IMG/VR virus record: IMGVR_UViG_3300044724_009593
Span: 1 to 57,191 of that record
Length of the DNA stretch: 57,191 nucleotides
Source: a virus
Lineage: Duplodnaviria > Caudoviricetes
Strand: one strand, 5' to 3'
How positions within the stretch are numbered: position 1 is the first letter of the stretch; every line of letters begins with the position of its first letter. A program made the translations under genes and the position numbers. Positions 28,886 to 36,595 of this stretch are shown in pieces. Under the pieces are notes generated by a model. The model did not search any database. It had not been told where the DNA came from and saw only the letters and a program-made list of their open reading frames with translations.

Positions 28886-30626
28886 ATTTCTTCAGATATT
28901 CTTTCTGTGTTAAAGTATTTGGTGATAAATTATTTTTTATAGCCAAAAAATAGCCTTGTAATGTTTTTAATTCATCTTTATCTATTGAGTCTTCAAGATT
29001 TTCGTTTCTAGTCTCAATATCGTAAAAATCAATACCATCCAAGACGAACAACCAATTTTGTAGGGTTAGTACAGATAAGTCAGGGTTATGAGGTTGATAA
29101 TGAACAGGACTTCTATACCATTGACTTAACCGTAAAGAGATACTTTGATCAGTATAATCGTGTAAATCATAAGCAGCATTAAAGTCTTCTTCTGATAAAA
29201 GTTCAACTAATTGTCTCTTATCAATCCAAAATTCTGTATCATCCTTATTAGTGATAAAGTGTAGAAAAATAAAGTTAGCCAGCTCATTGGTTGCATCGGC
29301 AACATCGTTGTTATAAGCTAATCGATGATTAAACATAATATCATCATCCAAATCTAGCATTTCCCAATCATCAAAACTCTCAACCTCTTCCAAGATGTCA
29401 ACCTGCTCATTATTATTATCTTTATCATTATCTAATGATTTTGCTTGGATTTGCTTAAAATTTTTAAGGACAGCAAAAAGTTGTGTTATCATAAATCCTA
29501 GGCTTGTTGCTTCTAATGGCTCTAAAAAACTTTGACTCAATCCAATAGCAATAACATTACCAAACCATGGTTGATCTAAATACCCAGCTTCGAATTTGAT
29601 TTCTTTTTCTGTTTCAATAGCATTACCAAATATAGACTCTAATTCTTTTTTTGCTTCGTGTACTGAACAATAATTATCATCAAAAACGTAACCGTATCCA
29701 GTTTTATGCTGTAATGGTATTTTCCAAAGCCATCCATATTTTAATGCAATTGCTTCTGTCCAAGCTTCATCAAGTGTTTCTGAAACAGAAAACGGTATTG
29801 CGGTATTTGTAGTCAGATAATGATAGGGTATATACACTGGGCTTACTAGAGAGTCTATAGAACTATATTTTTGCATTATAATTCTACTAAAGCCTGTACA
29901 ATCAAAAATAAAATCCACATCATGATATTGATATTCGTCTTCAACTCCTGTTATAATAGTGGTTGTATTGTAATCTATATCAACTTCTGTATCTGTAATG
30001 TGTTCTTCATAATATTTTACGCCAAGTTCGATACTTTTATTTTTAAAAAATTCACTTGTTTTATCTGCATCAAAATGTAAACTAATACCAGTTTGTTGAG
30101 AATAGTTTGTAAATTTTATAATTTCGTCAATATCTCTATCGGGAATTTGCTCCATAAACGGATTGACAAATTTTGAGTAATCTCCAGCAACGAAACATCC
30201 ATTTAAATAATCGCTCTCAAGTTGATTGTTTAATTTTATTTTTTCAGTCTCGGTTCCTTGGATTCCATCATCTGCATAACTCTCTAGTTCTTTTTCAGTC
30301 TTGTCAGGCCAATATATGTCTTCAATTTTTAATAAACTACCTGTAAAAGGATGCACATATTCAGATTTTTTTTGATTCCAGTTTTTAAATTTTACACCTA
30401 ATTTTACTGTAGCTCCAGTTTTCTGGAAAAACTCTTTCAAATCTATACCACATAGTTTGAAAAAATGCAAAAATATAGGCAATCCTCCTTCTCCTGTAAT
30501 AAGTTTGTCAACTTCTTTACTACAAAATAAAGAAATTTCTAAATTAGGAAAGTTTTTTTTCATCCAATATGCTGTAATCCAGCCACTCAATCCTCCGCCG
30601 GCAACGGCAATTTTTTTAATTTCCAT
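28863..30626 (-). CDS. Tryptophan-halogenase-like flavoprotein with acidic insertions
   Basis: GGGLSG, ATVKLG, FDCTGF, WLWKIP, FLEPLEATS. Confidence 0.9.
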   Translation of the reverse strand: MEIKKIAVAGGGLSGWITAYWMKKNFPNLEISLFCSKEVDKLITGEGGLPIFLHFFKLCGIDLKEFFQKTGATVKLGVKFKNWNQKKSEYVHPFTGSLLKIEDIYWPDKTEKELESYADDGIQGTETEKIKLNNQLESDYLNGCFVAGDYSKFVNPFMEQIPDRDIDEIIKFTNYSQQTGISLHFDADKTSEFFKNKSIELGVKYYEEHITDTEVDIDYNTTTIITGVEDEYQYHDVDFIFDCTGFSRIIMQKYSSIDSLVSPVYIPYHYLTTNTAIPFSVSETLDEAWTEAIALKYGWLWKIPLQHKTGYGYVFDDNYCSVHEAKKELESIFGNAIETEKEIKFEAGYLDQPWFGNVIAIGLSQSFLEPLEATSLGFMITQLFAVLKNFKQIQAKSLDNDKDNNNEQVDILEEVESFDDWEMLDLDDDIMFNHRLAYNNDVADATNELANFIFLHFITNKDDTEFWIDKRQLVELLSEEDFNAAYDLHDYTDQSISLRLSQWYRSPVHYQPHNPDLSVLTLQNWLFVLDGIDFYDIETRNENLEDSIDKDELKTLQGYFLAIKNNLSPNTLTQKEYLKKYELIYTF

Positions 30627-31252
30627 TATACATTCTCTATGTCGCTATAATCTTTGGGATTTTGTTTCATTATATTAAGGTTTTCGCTTTGATCTCGTGA
30701 TGTTACATCTTTTGTCAAATAAACATATTCTTCATTATTCCAAGGAAGGTCCGGCTCATTAAAATTCAGCCTTATTAGATAAATTAAAAATTGTGCTTCT
30801 CTAGCAGAATTGAAAAATATTTCTTCTTTTCCTTTCAACACCACCACATGATTTAATTCTAATGTAGAATCATTATATACAAATGACATACTTGGTATTT
30901 TATTGGTATCTTCGGTATAACCTCCACAATAAAAGGCACACATTTCATTTGTTGTTTTATTGAGGGTATTTACCTTTTTATTGCTCCAGGCAGCAGCAGT
31001 ATCGACTTCTAGCGTTATACTTGTAAGTGTAGCATCTGCGTAAGTAGTTTTCACTGCACTATAGATTTTTTGTAATAAAAGTAAAATATTAGAATAATTA
31101 GTTATTCCAATTTTTTTTGGTAGGTTAATTCGACTTATTTGTAATTCTTGCCGCGCATTAATAACATGTACAAGGCTCTGATGTTGTCTATGACAAAAGT
31201 TTATTATTTTTCGTTTATCTGCTTCAGTTAAGATATCATTTAAAAAATGCAT
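30626..31252 (-). CDS. Hypothetical protein, possibly decayed DSBH/2OG-oxygenase fold
   Basis: 208 aa; N-terminus similar to neighbouring oxygenases; no metal triad. Confidence 0.5.
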   Translation of the reverse strand: MHFLNDILTEADKRKIINFCHRQHQSLVHVINARQELQISRINLPKKIGITNYSNILLLLQKIYSAVKTTYADATLTSITLEVDTAAAWSNKKVNTLNKTTNEMCAFYCGGYTEDTNKIPSMSFVYNDSTLELNHVVVLKGKEEIFFNSAREAQFLIYLIRLNFNEPDLPWNNEEYVYLTKDVTSRDQSENLNIMKQNPKDYSDIENV

Positions 31253-31254
31253 TT

Positions 31255-32919
31255 TTATCCTAAAAATAATTTTCTAAAAGCATAAAAATTTAAAGGAGCT
31301 CTAAAAAGATATTTTTTTCTTTCTCTTTCATAATAATAAGCCTTGGCAAAAGTATTTAGGGCAAGATTACTTTTTTTAAGTTTATTTTTTTGATACCTGA
31401 TTAACCATCTATCCCAAGCATTGGTAATACAATCAAAATCATCATTGTTTGAATTGAGTGCATTAACATTGAATGTAGATGCATTTAGATCAGGCAGTGT
31501 ATGTTCTGATTCAACAAATGTATCTTGATACTGTTGTAAAAAGTTGCTAGAAACACCTTGAAACATTTCTAAATTGATATTAGATATATCAGTTATAATC
31601 TTCTGGTAATGATGCTGTAAACTACCTAAAATTATACTTCCATAAAACGATGCATCTTCTAAACATTTAGTTAGTGTACTTGGTAATGATACCGCCATAG
31701 TGACAAGCACATTGATATCATGAAAAGAAAAAGGTTCAAGGGCATATTTTTCTAAAGAAAAAAGCAGATAATTACTATAAGGTAAATCTGAGCTATTAAT
31801 ATCGTTTGATGCAAAATTAGATATAATAGTTCTAGGCCGTAAAGTGTTGATATCTTTGTAAGGTAAATCTAGTGATGTTGTAGTTTTTTGGAAAAAAATA
31901 TTTTTCCTGCTAGTTAATTTAGGATCTGAAAATGTTATACAATCATTTCCAATAGTAACAGTAAATTTGTTTTTATTAAAATTTTCTTGCACATCCGGTT
32001 CAAAATAGATTCTATTACAAATATTGTTTGTATGAACAAAAGGTGGTAATAGGGCTAGTAAACTTTCATTATCTCCAAGAGTATCAATTACAAAATCAAT
32101 TTTTTGTCCATTAATGGTAATCGTTGTGAAATTGTCATCTTGTCCAAAATTGATTTCTTCGTTAGTATTAGTTGATGTTATTATATCTGTAAGATTATCG
32201 GTATAATAGTTTTCTAATGGTATTTTAGAGTCTAATAATAAATTTAAACCTTCGATATCATGATTCCAAACTAAATGATCTATTGAATTGTTTAAGTTAG
32301 TTCTTGTCTTGCCTGCTATAAATTGATTTGATAGCCTCTGTATAAGCTCTATTCCATTTAAATCATCAGTATCTATATCTGAATCATAATGTGGAAAATC
32401 GTCGCCTGTTTGTAAAAATAAAAATAAATTTTCTAATAAATCTAAATCATTGTCAATTAGATAATGACAATATGATTGCAATGCTTCTGCTATAGAGATT
32501 TCAGATATTTTTGCTAAATCGCCTAGAACAGTTATCGTGGGTTGATTTTGATTTACTGTATTTCGCAAATTATTGCCTACTATATTTTGCATGTATTCAA
32601 ACACTATATTTTCTATGCTACCTATGTTAGGTTCAGCAATCCTATACAGTGGTTTATCAATTAGATTTAGATATTCTATTGCTAAACCAAAGGTGGTAGT
32701 AGTTGCATTTAAATATTCTTGGATATTAATTCCAACTTGGCGAAGCAATTTAATGAAAGCTAACCCTGTTACAGGTTTTTCTAACCCTGTGTGAAAATGA
32801 TTTTGAAAAGGTTGATTATTGGTAAAAATTGTAATATTCCAAGAAGGATTTTCTTTTTTAATTAAAAGATAAGAAAGTTTGCTTTCGATAGTATTACCAA
32901 TTATCGCAATATGTTTCAT
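31255..32919 (-). CDS. Degenerate tryptophan-halogenase-like protein
   Basis: HIAIIGN, ATTTFGLAI, DFVIDTLG, ALEPF in halogenase order, but GxGxxG, catalytic Lys and WxWxIP are absent. Confidence 0.6.
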   Translation of the reverse strand: MKHIAIIGNTIESKLSYLLIKKENPSWNITIFTNNQPFQNHFHTGLEKPVTGLAFIKLLRQVGINIQEYLNATTTTFGLAIEYLNLIDKPLYRIAEPNIGSIENIVFEYMQNIVGNNLRNTVNQNQPTITVLGDLAKISEISIAEALQSYCHYLIDNDLDLLENLFLFLQTGDDFPHYDSDIDTDDLNGIELIQRLSNQFIAGKTRTNLNNSIDHLVWNHDIEGLNLLLDSKIPLENYYTDNLTDIITSTNTNEEINFGQDDNFTTITINGQKIDFVIDTLGDNESLLALLPPFVHTNNICNRIYFEPDVQENFNKNKFTVTIGNDCITFSDPKLTSRKNIFFQKTTTSLDLPYKDINTLRPRTIISNFASNDINSSDLPYSNYLLFSLEKYALEPFSFHDINVLVTMAVSLPSTLTKCLEDASFYGSIILGSLQHHYQKIITDISNINLEMFQGVSSNFLQQYQDTFVESEHTLPDLNASTFNVNALNSNNDDFDCITNAWDRWLIRYQKNKLKKSNLALNTFAKAYYYERERKKYLFRAPLNFYAFRKLFLG

Positions 32920-33461
32920 ATAAATTTATTTCCAGAACATGTAGCTGTAATATAACGTACAGGTTTGTCTGTTTTTACTTGCGAGATTGAATATCTAGTA
33001 AAGGCATCGATAATGACTGCACTACCTTTTTTCTTATAAAAAATATCATCTATTGGCTCACTATAACCGTCGCTGGTATGCAAATAAATTAAACCCCCAG
33101 TAGAATCATCTAATTTTTCATTAACATTTAGTATTGCAAATAACTTCCTATCAGTGAAATTATGATAAAAATGATTTAATTCTCTTCTTTCTGTGAGATA
33201 TCCACCTTTAGGAATATCTTCTGTTCTTATACTATCAGTAAGACTTATGTCATATCCCCAATTTAATTGATTACTTCTTACAAAATAATAGTAAATAGCG
33301 TCTTCAAGATCGGAAACATAGCCTCCTCCATAAAATTTTGTAGCTACACCTAGTTTATCTGTAGTGCTTCCTGGTTTGACTTCTGCATCTTCTAATATTT
33401 TTTCGGCTGTTTCGATATAAGCTGCAAAAGCACCTGGAAAAACTATATGCGATTTTATCAT
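32916..33461 (-). CDS. Degenerate PKHD-type oxygenase-like protein
   Basis: DRKLFAIL, GG, KKGSAVII..RYSI, GNKFI; lacks HxD and distal His. Confidence 0.6.
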   Translation of the reverse strand: MIKSHIVFPGAFAAYIETAEKILEDAEVKPGSTTDKLGVATKFYGGGYVSDLEDAIYYYFVRSNQLNWGYDISLTDSIRTEDIPKGGYLTERRELNHFYHNFTDRKLFAILNVNEKLDDSTGGLIYLHTSDGYSEPIDDIFYKKKGSAVIIDAFTRYSISQVKTDKPVRYITATCSGNKFI

Positions 33462-33464
33462 ATT

Positions 33465-34049
33465 TTACCTAAATTTTGGACCAATAATATGGCAATGTAA
33501 AAGTTGTCTTAGAGAAATTTTAGATGACTCAATTGAATAAGTTAAAAAACTAGGAAATATTAAAACCGATCCTTTTTTACCTGCAACAACTTGATTGTCT
33601 TGGTCGAAATGTATTTTTGCAACCGGAATATTAGGGTCATCGTTGTTAATAAAGGCAATAACAGACAATTTCCTATCATTTGGTTCGATTGAATATCGCA
33701 GTAAATCTTCATGCTTTCCGTATGAATAACCAGGCTTAAATGTTAGTAGAATCGGAGGCTTTTCAACTCCCCAAATATTATATCCAAAAAGTCTAGCATT
33801 TGCATCTAAAACATAATTCATTACCTTCGTTTCATAAAATTCTATTTCATCAGATAATTCTGTAATTTCGTAAGTAAAAAAATTATAACTTTTATCAATA
33901 TAATTTGTCGTAACTTCATTATCTTGATTTGTAAGTGTAATACTTGATCCTATTTGCTTTTCTAATATTTGATCACACTCAGCATCTGTAAAAACCCTGT
34001 CGTAAATTTTATAAATTGGTTTAACATTTTCAAAATTATTTAATATCAT
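33465..34049 (-). CDS. PKHD-type 2OG-Fe(II) oxygenase-like, distal His replaced by Tyr
   Basis: HED, DRKLSVI, KKGSVLIFPSFLTYSI, GPKFR. Confidence 0.8.
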   Translation of the reverse strand: MILNNFENVKPIYKIYDRVFTDAECDQILEKQIGSSITLTNQDNEVTTNYIDKSYNFFTYEITELSDEIEFYETKVMNYVLDANARLFGYNIWGVEKPPILLTFKPGYSYGKHEDLLRYSIEPNDRKLSVIAFINNDDPNIPVAKIHFDQDNQVVAGKKGSVLIFPSFLTYSIESSKISLRQLLHCHIIGPKFR

Positions 34050-34786
34050 AATTCACAAGAATTGTCATTGTTATTTTGTAGATCTTCTACTTTTTTGTTA
34101 AGTTGTTTTATTGACTCAAGTAATACTGGTATCATTTGTATATATGAAACAGCTTTATACTTTTCATTTTCAATGTTTACATATTCTATCATTTCAGGAA
34201 ATATATCTTCAATTTCATCTGCTAAAAAGCCTATCTGTTCTAAAGGTATGTCTTCGTCAATTTTACCTTCCATTAACTCAGTTACGTTTAATCCTTTATC
34301 ATTGTATTTAAACATAACACTTTGGATTTGGTTTATTTTATCGAGTACATTTGGTCCTAAACCTTCAATATCTGTCTTAAGTTTTTCGTCGCTCCAACAT
34401 TTACATTTGCAGACGCACTTGCACTTACATTTGCATTTACAGATGCATTTGCATTTGCAATTACATTTACATTTACATTTACATTTGCATTTACATTTGC
34501 ATTTACATTTGCATTTACAGGCACATTTGCATTTACAATTACAATTGGTGCTATACCTTACAGTAAGCGATCCTCCACTAGTGCCAGGAGTAGTTTCAAA
34601 TTGATAAACTTTCCTTGCAGTTGAACCAGTATATTTGCTGTCACCAGTTGCTACAAAACTTATACTGTTTAATGTAGTTCTACGACTATTTACAGTTCCT
34701 GGCAAAACTGCTGTATCGAAGCTTGCACCATCAGCTTTGGTTCCTGCTTCTAAGTCAACTGTTTTATTTCCAATTTTTATTGCCAT
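34046..34786 (-). CDS. Mini tail-fibre-like protein: short N-terminus, (Cys-X)24-Cys tract, C-terminal S74 intramolecular chaperone
   Basis: Residues 82-130 alternate Cys; followed by WSDEKLKTDIE..GFLADEIE..PEMI..VSYIQMIPVLLESIKQL coiled coil. Confidence 0.88.
   Translation of the reverse strand: MAIKIGNKTVDLEAGTKADGASFDTAVLPGTVNSRRTTLNSISFVATGDSKYTGSTARKVYQFETTPGTSGGSLTVRYSTNCNCKCKCACKCKCKCKCKCKCKCKCKCNCKCKCICKCKCKCKCVCKCKCWSDEKLKTDIEGLGPNVLDKINQIQSVMFKYNDKGLNVTELMEGKIDEDIPLEQIGFLADEIEDIFPEMIEYVNIENEKYKAVSYIQMIPVLLESIKQLNKKVEDLQNNNDNSCEL
34397..34543 (-). repeat. 6-bp coding repeat giving 25 Cys alternating with 19 Lys, 2 Asn, Ala, Ile, Val
   Basis: 147 nt = 49 codons; TGT/TGC and AAA/AAG both used. 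Confidence 0.95.
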
Positions 34787-34795
34787 TTATTTTTT

Positions 34796-35083
34796 TTATC
34801 CATTACAAATTACCAATTGGCAGCTGGCATTAATTACCATTGCAAAATTTACAGTGACACTAGTGCAATTAGTGCCAGCAAAAACCTTACACTTATTTAC
34901 TATATATCGTCCATAAGCAGCATCGTTCATGGTCCAACTATCAGTGTATGCAGTATAACCATCTGCTGCTGTAAAACTAGCAGGATAATTTTCTATAAAA
35001 AAAGCTAAATTATTTCCAAGACCGTAATCTACCGCTTCCCCATTACTATCGATTACCTCTGCATTACCTATAAAAAAAGCCAT
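34796..35083 (-). CDS. Small Cys-containing fibre-like protein (MAFFIGN start)
   Basis: 95 aa; AAGGA RBS; 4 Cys in C-terminal third. Confidence 0.7.
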   Translation of the reverse strand: MAFFIGNAEVIDSNGEAVDYGLGNNLAFFIENYPASFTAADGYTAYTDSWTMNDAAYGRYIVNKCKVFAGTNCTSVTVNFAMVINASCQLVICNG

Positions 35084-35096
35084 TAAATAAATCCTT

Positions 35097-35507
35097 TCAA
35101 GAACAGATCATACACACAGAAAAATTGTCTCCCCAATTAGGAAAAGCAACCCTATTAAGTGCTGCAACATTGTTTCGCCAAAATCCATATTCACCTTGAC
35201 ATTCACTATACGTACATGTAGCTGTGCGATTATAATTATAAATGATATAAATATCTCCGTTAAACGTTCCTTCGTCCCACGTGAAAGTACAAGTTACATT
35301 AGCAGAACAATTGGCTTGATTGCTCGTTGCTCTATAATACGCTATGCTACAGCATGTACCTAAGGCAGTGTTTGTGCCACTATTCACAATCACTCGGTTG
35401 ATTGCTTTTGAATTAAAGTACCAATCAGAAGTAACAAATGGTGCAATTGCATCCCACTGGAGGCCTTCTCCATCTATTACCACAAGATTATTAATTTTAA
35501 AAGCCAT
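35097..35507 (-). CDS. Small Cys-rich fibre-like protein (MAFKINN start; start reassigned to 35507)
   Basis: TAATG overlap with upstream stop; 8 Cys. Confidence 0.7.
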   Translation of the reverse strand: MAFKINNLVVIDGEGLQWDAIAPFVTSDWYFNSKAINRVIVNSGTNTALGTCCSIAYYRATSNQANCSANVTCTFTWDEGTFNGDIYIIYNYNRTATCTYSECQGEYGFWRNNVAALNRVAFPNWGDNFSVCMICS

Positions 35508-36595
35508 TACCCTACCTTTATAATTTTTGTTGCCCAATTACTGAAATGCTTAAAGCCTGCCTTTATTACCATTAGATCGTTTGGATCTAAGTCTAAAGCT
35601 CTAATCTTAAATTGTCCTTGACCATTTACTAAATTTATTTTACTTTTAGCTAAGTACCCATTATTGGTTTTAACATATAAGTCTGTATCGTAATCATATA
35701 GTGTAATACCATCTGATGCAGCAGTTGTAGATAAAGTAACATTTATTATGCCAACTTCATTAGGTTGCAACATACTAGGTCCGTCTAAAATAATGTGAGG
35801 AATAGGTAAAGTAGAATAATCCGTGAGCATTGTTGGTGCATGGGTCAGTGTATTTAAATCAACATCTCCAGAAACACCAAATCCGTGCATCATACTAATA
35901 TTACAATATAGGCTTGCAGCAGTAAAAGGCATAGTTTTTTCAAATAAAAATAAACTTAAAATCCTTTGTCGCCAAAATCTTGGTTTGCGTTTAACAATAT
36001 TGTTATCAACAGTTTCGATTTGTGGATCAGTCTGGAACTGGTTCATTCTATCGTGCCTATTCCAGTTTATTTTAGTGTTGTGAGTAAATGTAAATTGGTT
36101 ATATGGAATGTGCCAATTATGACCTGCAAAATTATAATCAAATGACCACAGCATACAATCTTTGTACTCTGGAATACATTCCTGATTAATACGTCTACCT
36201 TCATCTAAACTTTCTTGACTCAGAGCTGGTTCAGTAGCAAAATTATGTGTTGTATTCCTTGCAATAATACCTTCCGCAGCACGTTCAATTTGAGCTGCAC
36301 CTACAAATTTTAACCATTTCCCCTCTAACTCTGACGCTATTAAATCTCCAAGGACAATCGAATATACATCTTGGTCATCTTGAGAAAATTCTAATTCTAA
36401 CCGGTGTCTAGTTAGCAGTGGGTGATCACTAGAATCAATTAAGTTGAATGTATTAGCATCTACACCAGGAATATAATCTGGATCATTTACCAACACATCT
36501 TTAAACATCCTTACTGTTAGCATATCATCATCTATATCAACAATATAATGAATGGTGTCAAAAAATGTATATCTATACTGAAGTTGTTGTTCCAT
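35507..36595 (-). CDS. Hypothetical tail-associated protein with C-terminal Ig-like domain
   Basis: 362 aa; beta-rich C-terminus GYLAKSKINLVNGQGQFKIRALDL..KAGF; coupled to the fibre gene. Confidence 0.7.
   Translation of the reverse strand: MEQQLQYRYTFFDTIHYIVDIDDDMLTVRMFKDVLVNDPDYIPGVDANTFNLIDSSDHPLLTRHRLELEFSQDDQDVYSIVLGDLIASELEGKWLKFVGAAQIERAAEGIIARNTTHNFATEPALSQESLDEGRRINQECIPEYKDCMLWSFDYNFAGHNWHIPYNQFTFTHNTKINWNRHDRMNQFQTDPQIETVDNNIVKRKPRFWRQRILSLFLFEKTMPFTAASLYCNISMMHGFGVSGDVDLNTLTHAPTMLTDYSTLPIPHIILDGPSMLQPNEVGIINVTLSTTAASDGITLYDYDTDLYVKTNNGYLAKSKINLVNGQGQFKIRALDLDPNDLMVIKAGFKHFSNWATKIIKVG

Noticed and set aside
18021-34049. DNA hypermodification cluster
   Set aside because: Not excluded, but no nucleotide kinase, thymidylate-synthase-like or DNA base-transferase genes are present, and the genes are coupled to tail-fibre genes
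34397-34543. Non-coding microsatellite or slippage artefact
   Set aside because: In frame, with synonymous variation and invariant Cys positions
34062-34604. Plus-strand ORF with a (His-Leu)n tract
   Set aside because: Antisense shadow of the (Cys-Lys)n gene; the minus frame has the S74 domain and fits the operon
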